DNA of 64,000 nucleotides. Origin: an uncultured Gemmatimonadales bacterium. Lineage in GTDB: Bacteria; Gemmatimonadota; Gemmatimonadetes; Gemmatimonadales; GWC2-71-9. Below are positions 53,771 through 63,968 of this stretch, piece after piece. The notes under the pieces were generated by a model that saw only the letters and a list, made by a program, of their open reading frames with translations, had not been told where the DNA came from and searched no databases. The stretch covers positions 128,001-192,000 of the forward strand of contig CAWCVB010000002.1 in assembly GCA_963798915.1 (NCBI GenBank). The letters are read 5' to 3'. Numbering within the stretch: position 1 is the stretch's first letter; the number at the start of each line of letters is the position of its first letter. A program made the translations under genes and the position numbers.

Positions 53771-54610
53771 TCACGATTGCCGGGGCTGCCCGTCGTCCGC
53801 CCGGCCGGCCACCACCTGGGCGTGGTTGAGGCTGGTCACCAGCATCACCCCGCCAATGGTGTTGCCGAGGAGAGCGGGCAGGAAGTAACCGCCGGCGTAG
53901 CTCCACCAGGAAAGGCCGCCCCGGAAGACCAGGTAGAGCACGTCGGCGGAGCCGGCAATCACGTGCGCCAGGCCGCCGACACCTACCAGCCAGGTCATGG
54001 TCACGATGGTGGCGAACCGGGCATGCGAGGCACCCGGGAGCATCCACACCATGAGCGCGATGAGCCAGCCCGCGAAGATGGCGCGGGTAAAGATCGCCCA
54101 GAACCCGGGCTCTGCCGTCTGGCGGCCAATCAGCTGGAAAGCCGCATGGACCTCCGGCCCGAATACCGGCGCATGGACGAGTGCAAAGGCAAAGATGTGC
54201 ACGCCGACAATGTTGGCGGCCAGCACCGTGCCCCACAGACGAAGCACCGAGCGCAGGGCGTGCGGCGATCGCTTGGCCAGCACCGGCACCACGACCGTGA
54301 GGGTGTTTTCGGTAAACAATTGCTGGCTGCCGAGGATCACGACCAGGAAGCCGATGGTGTAGCCCAGCTTGCTGATCAGCGGCCGCCAGGGTGCATCCGG
54401 CAGGTGCGCGGTGAGCAGGCCGTCGCCCATGAGCGAAAAGCCCATCGACAGGCCGGCGGCGAGCCCGGACCAGAGGAGGGCGCGTGTGGGTCGGCGAAGT
54501 TCTTCCTCGCCCTGTCGCCGCACGACCTCGTAAGTGACACCGGCCGTGATGGCCGTCTCGTGCTCTGCCTTCCGCTTTTGTGCTGCCTTGAGTGGTGCGG
54601 CCTTGGCCAT
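53771..54610 (-). CDS. Formate/nitrite transporter family (YfdC-like)
   Basis: SGLAAGLSMGFS, QLFTENT, AIFAGWLIA, AHVIAGS, LGNTIGG. Confidence 0.9.
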   Translation of the reverse strand: MAKAAPLKAAQKRKAEHETAITAGVTYEVVRRQGEEELRRPTRALLWSGLAAGLSMGFSLMGDGLLTAHLPDAPWRPLISKLGYTIGFLVVILGSQQLFTENTLTVVVPVLAKRSPHALRSVLRLWGTVLAANIVGVHIFAFALVHAPVFGPEVHAAFQLIGRQTAEPGFWAIFTRAIFAGWLIALMVWMLPGASHARFATIVTMTWLVGVGGLAHVIAGSADVLYLVFRGGLSWWSYAGGYFLPALLGNTIGGVMLVTSLNHAQVVAGRADDGQPRQS

Positions 54611-54670
54611 GGAACAGCTCCGGGAGACACGTGCGATGACGAGGCGGTCGGTCCATCGTAGATTCGCGAC

Positions 54671-55288
54671 ATGAATGATACGGCAACCCCGATGGCCCGG
54701 CCGGTCCCGGTTACGCTTACGGGCCGGGTGGTGCAACTCGAACCGTTGACGCTCGAGCACATCCCGGCGCTTGCCGCTGCCGGCGCCGATCCGCGCGTCT
54801 GGGAATGGACCCTGCCGGATGGACATCTGCCCGGTGTCATGGCCGAGTATGTCCGCACCGCACTGGATGACCAGGCCGCCGGCAGCGCGCTGCCCTTCGT
54901 GGTCCGTCACCTCGCCGACAATCAGGTCATCGGTTCGACGCGCTTTGCCAATATCGCGGTGGAGCACGGCGGGCTGGAGATCGGCTGGACCTGGTACCAT
55001 CCCTCGCACTGGCGCACCGCCGTCAACACTGAGTGCAAGCTGCTACTGCTTCGCCACGCCTTCGAGACCCTCGGCGCCATCCGCGTCGAGTTGAAGACTG
55101 ATGCCATGAACCAGCGCTCACGCGCGGCCATCTTGCGGCTGGGCGCGGTGGAGGAGGGGATCCTGCGCTCGAAGATGATCGTGCGGAACGGGCGCCGGCG
55201 GGACACGGTCTACTTCAGTATTCTGGACAGCGAATGGTCCGGGGTGAAGGCCGGGCTGGAGTCGAGAGTCGCGGGTCGCGGGTCGTGA
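54671..55288 (+). CDS. GNAT (RimJ/RimL-like) N-acetyltransferase
   Basis: IGSTRF, LEIGWTW, NTECKLLLL.HAFE, N.RSRAAI.RLGA..EG.LR, RDTV.FSIL. Confidence 0.92.
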   Translation: MNDTATPMARPVPVTLTGRVVQLEPLTLEHIPALAAAGADPRVWEWTLPDGHLPGVMAEYVRTALDDQAAGSALPFVVRHLADNQVIGSTRFANIAVEHGGLEIGWTWYHPSHWRTAVNTECKLLLLRHAFETLGAIRVELKTDAMNQRSRAAILRLGAVEEGILRSKMIVRNGRRRDTVYFSILDSEWSGVKAGLESRVAGRGS

Positions 55289-55311
55289 AACGGTTGGAGG
55301 CATCTTATCCA

Positions 55312-55356
55312 CGTCATTGCGAGTCAGCGCACGCCGATGGCATGCTCGCAATGACG
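55312..55356. repeat. CGTC-type palindrome between convergent genes
   Basis: CGTCATTGCGAG...CTCGCAATGACG (12-bp inverted arms). Confidence 0.75.
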
Positions 55357-55381
55357 CGCAAATAACGAGTTTCCTGACCTC

Positions 55382-55885
55382 CTACCCGTCCTGCCCGTCC
55401 TGTTGTCCCTCCGGCTCATACGTTCCTGGTGTGGTGCGGCCGGCAATGGACAGGCGATTCCACAGATTGATCGTGGCCACGGCGACCGTCAGATCAGCCA
55501 GCTCCTTTTCGTCGAACTGCTGGCGCGCCTGTTCGTAGACCTCGTCCGGCACATGCCCATCCGCCACCAAGGTCACCGCCTCGGTCCACGCCAGTGCCGC
55601 CCGCTCGCGGTCGGAGTACCAGGGGCATTCGCGCCAGGCGTCCAGCGAGTAGAGCCGCTGCTCGGTCTCGCCTGCCACCTTGAGATCCTTCCAGTGCATG
55701 TCGATGCAATAGGCGCAGCCATTCACCTGGGAGGCGCGCAGCCGGATCAGGTTCAGCAACGATTCCTCCAGGCCGCAGCGCTGCAGGTAGGTCTCAAGCC
55801 CGAGGATGGCGTGATAGCCGCCCGGGGAGGTCTTGCTGTAGTGAAGGCGTTCAGTCATGGTTTCGGCTGTCAGTCCTGGTGTCAT
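55382..55885 (-). CDS. Carboxymuconolactone decarboxylase/AhpD-like protein
   Basis: LRASQVNGCAYCIDMH, ERAALAWTEAVT, INLWNR. Confidence 0.92.
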   Translation of the reverse strand: MTPGLTAETMTERLHYSKTSPGGYHAILGLETYLQRCGLEESLLNLIRLRASQVNGCAYCIDMHWKDLKVAGETEQRLYSLDAWRECPWYSDRERAALAWTEAVTLVADGHVPDEVYEQARQQFDEKELADLTVAVATINLWNRLSIAGRTTPGTYEPEGQQDGQDG

Positions 55886-55897
55886 GGTGCATTCCGA

Positions 55898-56089
55898 TCA
55901 CGGGTCAGGGTGAGTGGCGGTTCTGCGGTCGCAGGGCATCGGTGTAATCTGCGCCATCGGTGGACTCCAGGCACCATCGCCAGGAACGGCCTGCGAGCAC
56001 AAGCGCCGCAGCAGACGGCGGAGCAATCGCAACAGGCGAGCCCCGACAGAGGACAACAAAGCCGTGCTCTCCATCGGTTCCGCGTTCAT
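55898..56089 (-). CDS. Small ORF with cationic amphipathic helix
   Basis: RBS GGAGAGG; RLLRLLRRLLRRL; ends 12 bp before the CMD gene. Confidence 0.4.
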   Translation of the reverse strand: MNAEPMESTALLSSVGARLLRLLRRLLRRLCSQAVPGDGAWSPPMAQITPMPCDRRTATHPDP

Positions 56090-56323
56090 TGCCCTCTCCC
56101 AGTCAAGGACGTGTCGCCACCGTCCACAATCTGGGATATAGTGGACCCGTCACATAGAGCCATTTATGGTATCTTGACTGGACCACTTAATGCCCGCCGA
56201 TCTACGTTGTCGGGGCTGCGACAGGGTTCTGCTGCGGTGGATCCGACGGAGATCAAGCGGGGAGTCCGGGCACTGGCGGTGTGCTGGGCGGGTGATGCCG
56301 AAGGCGCAGTGCGTGACTTCGTC

Positions 56324-56869
56324 TCAGCGCTCGCGCTGGCGGTCTACCGACTCCACGCGGCGCCATGCCTCTGACCAGTCAATGACGGGCGCCACGTCGT
56401 CGTCGGCGGAAGCAAGACTGGCGCGTGCGCGCTGGATCACCGCGTCACCATCAGGCAGCGACCGCCCAAAATCCAGCTCCGCCTGGCGGCAGAGGCGCTC
56501 CTCCCGCGGGCGGCGGTCGGCGACGTTCGTTCTGAGCCGGGCCGCCACCCGTGCATGGGTGGCCTCATGCACGATGGACGCAGCCACTTCGGCCGGCGTG
56601 AAGTCGCGATTGACCACGAAGGTGAGTTCGCTGAGGCAGGCTCGCTCGCCCGGGAAGTAGGCGCCCCGGCAGGGGAAGCGACGCACCACGATCTGGCTGA
56701 AATCCTGCCGCATGCGGCGGAGCCGGCGCGGTGCGTGCCGGGCGATGAGCCCGAGCGCCTCGTTCAGCCTGGCAAAGACATCGTCGGTGGCGATACCGGG
56801 TTCGGTATTGTGGACTATGACCGGAATGCCGTAGCAGGAACCGGTGGAGACTCTCGGGTTGACGCTCAT
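56324..56869 (-). CDS. Hypothetical protein with HExxH zincin-like motif
   Basis: ASIVHEATH...REE..C. Confidence 0.65.
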   Translation of the reverse strand: MSVNPRVSTGSCYGIPVIVHNTEPGIATDDVFARLNEALGLIARHAPRRLRRMRQDFSQIVVRRFPCRGAYFPGERACLSELTFVVNRDFTPAEVAASIVHEATHARVAARLRTNVADRRPREERLCRQAELDFGRSLPDGDAVIQRARASLASADDDVAPVIDWSEAWRRVESVDRQRER

Positions 56870-56911
56870 GCCTTCTGGTCCTCGTTGCCGTGCCGCTCGA
56901 TTGCCTGGACA

Positions 56912-56987
56912 GCTTCAGGGCGACGCTTGCTTCAGGGCGACGCTTGCGTCCGCCCTACTCTCAGGGCGACGCAAGCGTCGCCCCTAC
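56912..56987. repeat. GTAG-type REP cluster
   Basis: CTTCAGGGCGACGCTTG x2; GGGCGACGCAAGCGTCGCCCCTAC; related copy at about 7427-7450. Confidence 0.8.
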
Positions 56988-57012
56988 CTGTCGTTCCGTC
57001 CTGCCCGCCCTG

Positions 57013-58686
57013 TCATCGCACGTGCATCACCGTCATCATGCCGGCACCAAGATGCTCGGCGATGTGGCAATGCAGCATCCAGTCGCCGGGATTGGACGCG
57101 TCGATCAGGAGATCCACCGTCGCGCCCACCGGAATCAGGGCGGTGTCCTTCCAGACCAGGTTGCGCGTGGGCACGCCGTCACGCGCGATGACCAGCATGC
57201 GCTGGCCGTGCAGGTGTATCGGGTGCTGCATCGGATGAAACGACTTCGGATCGTTGAAGATCCGCAGCTTCACCACGGCACCCCGCTTCACCTGCCAGTC
57301 GATGTCGCCGTTTTCCTTGCCGCTGGCGTTGTCGCGCAGGATCCATCGGACCTGTCCGGTGGTCGCAAGCCAGTTCATGTCCGGCATGCCGTCCACCCAC
57401 TCGACCGGCGCATAGTAGGCGGTGTCGATGGTCATGAACTGCACGGTGGCAAGCGGGAGGCTACTGGTCCGGACCGTGAGCGTGAGGGTCTTGTCGGGCG
57501 GCTTGTCGAAATACGGCCGGTAGCGGTCGATGTCACGTGAGACGCCGTCGTAGCGGCGCAACGTGGCGAACTGGGTTCCGAGGTCCGGCCTGGCCGCGGC
57601 CGGATCCACGGTGACGATGCCGAGGGTATCGACTTCAGGCTCAAACTCACCGCGAAAATGATTGATGGCCTGCACCTTGTTGACCATGGCATACTGCCCC
57701 GCCGAGTCGAAGTGGACTTCCACGATATAGCGCTCGGCCGGCGCCAGCACCACGCTGGGCACGAATTCCTCGTGCTCGAAGCGGCTCACGTCGGAGGCCA
57801 GCACCTTGATGCGGGCGCCGCTGAACGAGACGTTCCAGGTGCGCGAGCTCGCGACGTTGGTGAGATAGAAGCGCACCACCTCGCCCCGGTGCACCTGCAG
57901 GCGATACTCGGGCTCGCCATTGACCAGCAGGAGATTCCCCACCCGGCCCATCAGCGTGAAATCTGCCATCTCCTTGCCGAACGGGATCAGGGTGTCGGCC
58001 TGCATCAGCAGGTCGCCCAGCGTCAGCACCTGCTCCTGGTTGGCGGGCGAGTAGTAGTTCCGCTCCGGCGCGTCGACCAGCATGTTGCCGAAGAGTCCCA
58101 TCGCCTGCTCGATATCCTCGCGCACGTGCGGGTGGTACCAGTAGATGCCTGCGTCGGGAAAGTGTACGGTGTAGGTAAAGTCGCCGCCGGCGGCGACGGG
58201 TTCCTGGGTGATCCCCACGGCGCCATCCGATGCGTTGTCCAGCCGGACGCCGTGCCAGTGGACGCTGCTCGGCAGGTCGATGCGATTGTGGAACCGCACA
58301 GTGATGGTGGCATTCTGGGGTACGCGGATCAGCGGGCCGGGCAGCTGTCCGTTGAAACCGTACATGGCGTAGGCATGACCCTTGATCGTGTGTCGCACCA
58401 GCGCGGACGTGAGGTCCAGCGTGTCGCCGTCGCGAAGCGGCGTAATCCGGGCCGGAGTGGCTTCCGGCAGGGTGCCGGGATCCACGCCTGCGCCCGGCAG
58501 GAATTCGGAAACCGGCGGCAGCAGGCCGACCAGGCCCGGCATCATCTTCATGCCGGCCGGCATGGGGATGGGCATCGCCATCGAGTCCATCGCCATGTGT
58601 TCCATGTGCGACGTGGGCTGCTGGGCGAGCAGGGCGCCGGTGGGCACGAGCCACGTGATCGCGGCGAGCGCGAGCGCCGGCTTCAC
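57013..58686 (-). CDS. Multicopper oxidase with Met-rich N-terminus
   Basis: HWHG, WYHPH, HPIHLHG, HCHIAEH...M; GTG start overlaps the upstream TGA. Confidence 0.93.
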   Translation of the reverse strand: MKPALALAAITWLVPTGALLAQQPTSHMEHMAMDSMAMPIPMPAGMKMMPGLVGLLPPVSEFLPGAGVDPGTLPEATPARITPLRDGDTLDLTSALVRHTIKGHAYAMYGFNGQLPGPLIRVPQNATITVRFHNRIDLPSSVHWHGVRLDNASDGAVGITQEPVAAGGDFTYTVHFPDAGIYWYHPHVREDIEQAMGLFGNMLVDAPERNYYSPANQEQVLTLGDLLMQADTLIPFGKEMADFTLMGRVGNLLLVNGEPEYRLQVHRGEVVRFYLTNVASSRTWNVSFSGARIKVLASDVSRFEHEEFVPSVVLAPAERYIVEVHFDSAGQYAMVNKVQAINHFRGEFEPEVDTLGIVTVDPAAARPDLGTQFATLRRYDGVSRDIDRYRPYFDKPPDKTLTLTVRTSSLPLATVQFMTIDTAYYAPVEWVDGMPDMNWLATTGQVRWILRDNASGKENGDIDWQVKRGAVVKLRIFNDPKSFHPMQHPIHLHGQRMLVIARDGVPTRNLVWKDTALIPVGATVDLLIDASNPGDWMLHCHIAEHLGAGMMTVMHVR

Positions 58687-59153
58687 TGCGAGATGCCGCG
58701 GAAGAGCGGATGGGTCAGGAACGATTGCAGCCAGCCGCTGGGTGAATGCCCGTGCAGGATGGTCGGTCCGGCGTGCACGGTGTCGGCCGAGTCGGCCTCC
58801 GCCGTGATAACGAACAGGAACTTGTTCATTTCGGCCGGGCCCACCGTCGCGCGGCCATTGGTGATGGTGCCAAGCCGCTTCCAGACTGAGAGGTCGGTCG
58901 CCACTTCCCACGCGACGTAGGCGGTGTAGTTGCCCAGACTGGACGGGGCGGGGAGCTTGCTGGCGGTGACCTGGATATCGTAGCGTGCGTGGCCGTCGGC
59001 GGTCACGGCCACGCCGAAGGGAGAAGCTGCATAGACCAGCCGGGCCTCTCCCTCCACCGCCGGGGCCCTGGCGGTGGAAAACAGCTTGATGTCATAGGGC
59101 CCCGATGGTGGCACGGCCAGCAGCGCGCCGGCCACCAGCAGGGTCAATCGCAT
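58683..59153 (-). CDS. Hypothetical secreted protein
   Basis: Signal peptide MRLTLLVAGALLA; YVAW, FVITAE; coupled to the MCO gene. Confidence 0.75.
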   Translation of the reverse strand: MRLTLLVAGALLAVPPSGPYDIKLFSTARAPAVEGEARLVYAASPFGVAVTADGHARYDIQVTASKLPAPSSLGNYTAYVAWEVATDLSVWKRLGTITNGRATVGPAEMNKFLFVITAEADSADTVHAGPTILHGHSPSGWLQSFLTHPLFRGISQ

Positions 59154-59158
59154 TCCAC

Positions 59159-60535
59159 TCACTGGCCCGCCGCACCTCCGGCCGCAGCCACGGGACCGTG
59201 GTCCCAGTCCTGCACGCTCGAGATGTTGGGCATGCCGTAATCCTTGCCATTCCATCCATCGAAGCCGGCGAGTTTGAAGAGCCAGAGCCCGCTGCGCATG
59301 TCGGACAGCACGATCAGCCCGTCGCGGTTGCGCACGTCCACGCCGAACGCGCCCTGCTCCACACTGTGGGTGCTCTCCCAGCCGACGTTGGGGCCACCGC
59401 CGAAGCCATGCTCATGGGTGCAGCCGCAGGTGTAATACCAGCCATCGGTCTTCGGGTTCTTGGGATCTTTCAAGTCGAACACCTGGAAGCCGTCTTCGTA
59501 CGCCGAGACGAAGACGTAGGGCCAGCGCACCTCGTGGTTATGCGAGAGGTCGCGCCAGTCGGCGGTCCAGCCACTGATGGGGGTATCGAGGTTCTGGGTC
59601 GAGTCCGCCTGGGCCGGTGAAAGGTCCCAGATGCGCAGCGGCGTGTACTGGTATTCCGTCTCGGTGACGGCGTAGTGCCCATCGGGTGAGGGCGTGAAGG
59701 TATGTGCGATGTCGAAGCCGAGACCGGTGACGGTGAAGAGCTGAGTGGGCGCTTCGGGATGGGTCACGTCCCACACCGAGTAACCGCCGAGGCCCGCGCC
59801 ATAGAACTTGTCCTGATGGGTGCCCGGATCGTAGCCCACGTAGAAGTCGTGGTAGCCGCCTGCCCCGATCTGGCGGAAGGGCGTCGGGTTGGGGACGTTG
59901 CCGACCAGCCACCCGGCGGAATTGGTGTCGCTGACCACCTTGCCGAGGTCATAGACCAGGGCATGGGTCTCGCCCACCGTCGCGAAGAGCAGTGCCCGGC
60001 CGTCGGAATGCTTGTAGGTGAAGATGTTGTGGAACCCGCCTGGCGCCGCCGGATAGCGGATGCGCGCCACCACCTTGACCTTGCTCGAATCGGGCAGGCC
60101 GGTCACGTCGAAAATGATGGCACCCAGGTCGGTGTCGGGCCCGCCCTGGCTGAATTGAAAGGACTGCACGTAGTAGTACTTCGGCCCGATCTTGAAGTAC
60201 TTGCCGTCCATCGCGCCGATGCCGCGGTGCAGCTCGGGATTCTCGATGGTCCAGTCGAACACTTTCTTCGGATGCGCCATGTCGCGCACATCGTAGATCT
60301 GAGCGTCGAAATTGGTGAAGCCAGACACATAGACGTAGGGGCGGTTGGCGTCCTGCTCCATCTCGATGTCGGAAGCCTTCCAGGCACCCGGATGGGTGAC
60401 GACATGGCTGAGCATGGTCACGCTCTTGCTGCCACCCTGCTTCTGGTCGAAGCGCGGGACGGTCATCCCGGGGTCCTGCGCCTGCGCCACCGACACGGCA
60501 CCGAACAGTGCCACTACAACGAGCGACCGGTACAT
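59159..60535 (-). CDS. Secreted LVIVD-repeat-like beta-propeller protein
   Basis: Repeated IYDV/IFDV/VWDV..P strands, AYEDGFQVFD, SDMRSGLW; RBS GGAGG. Confidence 0.75.
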   Translation of the reverse strand: MYRSLVVVALFGAVSVAQAQDPGMTVPRFDQKQGGSKSVTMLSHVVTHPGAWKASDIEMEQDANRPYVYVSGFTNFDAQIYDVRDMAHPKKVFDWTIENPELHRGIGAMDGKYFKIGPKYYYVQSFQFSQGGPDTDLGAIIFDVTGLPDSSKVKVVARIRYPAAPGGFHNIFTYKHSDGRALLFATVGETHALVYDLGKVVSDTNSAGWLVGNVPNPTPFRQIGAGGYHDFYVGYDPGTHQDKFYGAGLGGYSVWDVTHPEAPTQLFTVTGLGFDIAHTFTPSPDGHYAVTETEYQYTPLRIWDLSPAQADSTQNLDTPISGWTADWRDLSHNHEVRWPYVFVSAYEDGFQVFDLKDPKNPKTDGWYYTCGCTHEHGFGGGPNVGWESTHSVEQGAFGVDVRNRDGLIVLSDMRSGLWLFKLAGFDGWNGKDYGMPNISSVQDWDHGPVAAAGGAAGQ

Positions 60536-60612
60536 CGAGCCTCCTCAGGTGGGTGTCCGCGGCCTCCGGGGAAACCGCGCTCTCTACAATAACGGGGACA
60601 CGGCTTGGCTTG

Positions 60613-61182
60613 CTATTGCGGCACCGTCCGGCGCGCGTGCCGGTAACTTGGCATGGGCCCGGAGTAACCGGGCAGCCGTCGCAGGATGGCGATTTCTTCC
60701 GCCCCCGCGAGTAGCTGCAAGGCGCAGAGAATGCGGAGCGGCACCGCGCTGCCGCCCAGCAACGTCACCGGCAGGGCCAGGCTCATCGCGACCGCGAGTG
60801 CCTTGGATGCCCAGGTGTGGAAGCCGGGGATCCGCCGGTAGCGCAGCAGGGACCAGGCGACGGGAGCGAAGTACGCCGCTGCGGCGAGTGCCAGCCAGGC
60901 CGCCTCGCGCCGCATGAGTGCCGGCCAGAGCATGACCAATCCTGGGATCAGGGTCAGGACCAGGACGTAGTCACCAAGGCTGTCCAGGAGGCGGCCCAGG
61001 TCGGACGTGACGCCGAAGTGCCGGGCAAGGAACCCATCCAGGGCGTCGGTGAGCAGGGCGCCAGCCAGCAGTACGAGAAACAGGCCGCGGCGATGCAGCA
61101 GCGCCGCGGGCAGAAGCGCGGCGGCCAGCGCGATCCTGAGCAGGCTCAGCGCATTGGGAAGCCGGTGCCAACGGGAGGTCAT
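60613..61182 (-). CDS. CDP-alcohol phosphatidyltransferase family protein
   Basis: PNALSLLR, TDALDGFLAR....SDLGRLLDSLGD. Confidence 0.9.
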   Translation of the reverse strand: MTSRWHRLPNALSLLRIALAAALLPAALLHRRGLFLVLLAGALLTDALDGFLARHFGVTSDLGRLLDSLGDYVLVLTLIPGLVMLWPALMRREAAWLALAAAAYFAPVAWSLLRYRRIPGFHTWASKALAVAMSLALPVTLLGGSAVPLRILCALQLLAGAEEIAILRRLPGYSGPMPSYRHARRTVPQ

Positions 61183-61280
61183 AGGACAGGATTGTACGCC
61201 CTTGGCGGGCGGCCGGCCAGCGCCAGCCGCCTTGGCGTGTCTCTTGCCTTTGAGCCGCACGACCCTGGAAAGGTTGCTCA

Positions 61281-61925
61281 ATGCCAAGCCGTAACCCGGG
61301 CTCCCGTGCGAGCCTCCCCGTGTATGCCGCACTTTGCGCTGTCCTGGTCCTGTCCGCCTGTGCCGCGCACTATGTCCAGGTGGCGCCGCGCATGGACCTC
61401 GGACCCTATGGCCGGATTGCACTGGTGACGTTTCGCACCGGCGACGCGGACTCGAGCATCGCCACCCTGGCGACGCGCCGGTTTGCCGAGGCGGTGCTCG
61501 ATGGCCAGGGTGGCATCGAGGTCCTGGAGTTGAATGGAGCGGACACGGCGCTGCGAGCCATGCTCACTCGTGGTGATGCAGCGGCGGTGGCGCAGGCGCT
61601 CGGACGCGACAAGGAGATTCCCGCCGTCTTTCTTGGCACGCTGACCGTGACCGATGCCAAGCCCAGCGGTCACATCAGCACCACCGGACTGAACGTGCGC
61701 ACCACCGTCTCGGCGGAACTGAGCGTGCAGCTGCTCTCGACCAGCACCGGCGGCACCATGTGGCGCTCCAGCGCCCGGGCGGACGGCACAGTGGGACGGG
61801 CCAGCCTGATCGGGCGGAGACCGTCGATTTCCATGCGCAGCGAGGATGAGGCGTACGGCCAGGTGGTGGATCAGCTCGTGGCCAATGTGACGCGGGACTT
61901 CCGGCCGACACTGGTGAAGCAGTAG
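61281..61925 (+). CDS. Hypothetical lipoprotein (CsgG/TolB_N-like alpha/beta fold possible)
   Basis: Lipobox LSAC; RIALVTF, VQLLSTSTGGTMW. Confidence 0.7.
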   Translation: MPSRNPGSRASLPVYAALCAVLVLSACAAHYVQVAPRMDLGPYGRIALVTFRTGDADSSIATLATRRFAEAVLDGQGGIEVLELNGADTALRAMLTRGDAAAVAQALGRDKEIPAVFLGTLTVTDAKPSGHISTTGLNVRTTVSAELSVQLLSTSTGGTMWRSSARADGTVGRASLIGRRPSISMRSEDEAYGQVVDQLVANVTRDFRPTLVKQ

Positions 61926-62102
61926 GGGTCGCGGGTCGTGGGTCGTGGGTCGTGGGTCGTGGGTCGTGGGTCAAGGGTCGCGTAGAGGGCGGCCCGCGGG
62001 CCGCCCGTACGAGGAGGGAGCCCTATCGCCACCCCAGCGGTTTGCACCGGGGTGACGTACGGGCAAGCTTCGGCCCGCCCATCCCGCCCATCCCGCCCAT
62101 CT
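61922..62102. repeat. GGTCGTG heptamer array, REP palindromes and nonamer repeats between convergent genes
   Basis: About 8 heptamers; GGGCGGCCCGCGGGCCGCCCGTAC; CCCGCCCAT x3. Confidence 0.85.
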
Positions 62103-62104
62103 TG

Positions 62105-62686
<582 letters not shown>

Positions 62687-62795
62687 GCGCTAAAGAGTAA
62701 GGACTGGAGGCCGAAACCTGAAAGCTGAAAGCTGAAAGCCGGAGCTGAGAGCTGAGCGAGTGCAGCACTTGACTCTTAGCTCCTGGCTTCGGTTT

Positions 62796-63968
62796 TCAGT
62801 TCTTCTTGCTTCCGAAGAGCGCCTTCACGCCCTTGACGAGACTGTGGGCCGCATTACCGGCGGCGGCGGTTCCCCCCGCCGTGAGGTCCGGAAACGACAC
62901 GGCATGCTGCCGCAGCGAGCGCACCTGGCGACTCGGGAGAATCTCCAATTCTTCGAGTGCCAGGTCCCAGGTCCATGAAGTCCCAAGTGCCGTCTTGCCG
63001 ACCTCGAATCGGGTGACGGTGAAGGTGGCGGTGCGGCTTCCGCCCGGTGCCACCACAAATTGTGGATCCGCCGCGGACGACGTCACGAGTCCGATGCCGC
63101 GAAAGCTGACATCATGGGTGCCGGCGCGCCCGAAGTAGTAGCGGTTGCCGAGGTTATCCACCGCGCCGCTGGAGGCGGAAGTGTAACCCAGGTGCAGGGG
63201 CACGGAGGATGCGTTGGTGATCTTCATCGTGAGCTGAAGTACATGGTGACGTCCAGCCCGGCTGGGCACGAGATTCACCACTTCGGCGGTGAAGGGCCCG
63301 GAGGCGACGCAGTGGACTCGCTCGGCACAGGAGGCACCAGGCTCGCCGGCTGGATCGCCCGGCGACGTGGGCGCTGCACTGCTCGCCGCGACGGCCTGTG
63401 CGCCGCTTGGGGTGAACCCGCGGTACTGCAGGGTGTACTCGCGGCCGAGCTGCCACTGGGTTCCCGGCAGCGTTTCCAGTTCGCGCAGCGCCAGGTCCAG
63501 GTCATAGATCGTTCCGTAGATTGCGCCGGAAGTGGGGCGCCAGAGGAACTCGAGCCGAGCATCCGCCGATTCTCCGGCTGGCAGGGTGAACTTCGGATCC
63601 ACCCGATTGCCCGTGATCTCGCCGATTCCGCGCACGGCCCCCGCTCCGTAGACGACGTAGCGATTGCCCCGGTCGTCGGTAACGACGCCGGAGTTCTGGA
63701 CGTACGCCAGCGTGAGCGGCTGGTCCAGCCGGTTTCGAATACGTAGCGTGACCGCTACCAGGCGGTCGCGGCCGCTTACGCTGGTCCGGACGTCGCTGAT
63801 GGTGGCAGCAAACGTGGTACCCTCGTCACACATGGGGGTGCCTTGGCAGCCCGGCGCCTGACGTGGCGCCGCACTTGCCCGCACGGTGCCAGTGCCAGTG
63901 CCCGTGCCAGCGCAGCGTCTGAGAGGAACATCTGCGATCGGGAAGCGCTGCTTGAGCGATGGCTGCAT
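62796..63968 (-). CDS. Hypothetical protein with an internally duplicated beta-sandwich domain
   Basis: Two copies of Cx5C-G..F.A...L.Y...SG..D..GNRY.....GIG......DP.F; start uncertain. Confidence 0.7.
   Translation of the reverse strand: MQPSLKQRFPIADVPLRRCAGTGTGTGTVRASAAPRQAPGCQGTPMCDEGTTFAATISDVRTSVSGRDRLVAVTLRIRNRLDQPLTLAYVQNSGVVTDDRGNRYVVYGAGAVRGIGEITGNRVDPKFTLPAGESADARLEFLWRPTSGAIYGTIYDLDLALRELETLPGTQWQLGREYTLQYRGFTPSGAQAVAASSAAPTSPGDPAGEPGASCAERVHCVASGPFTAEVVNLVPSRAGRHHVLQLTMKITNASSVPLHLGYTSASSGAVDNLGNRYYFGRAGTHDVSFRGIGLVTSSAADPQFVVAPGGSRTATFTVTRFEVGKTALGTSWTWDLALEELEILPSRQVRSLRQHAVSFPDLTAGGTAAAGNAAHSLVKGVKALFGSKKN

Noticed and set aside
55886..56190. ECF41 promoter for the CMD gene (a classic ECF41 target)
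   Set aside because: No TGTCACA-n16-(C/T)GTC on the correct strand. The CGTCACA at 56148 is on the opposite strand and lacks the -10 element.
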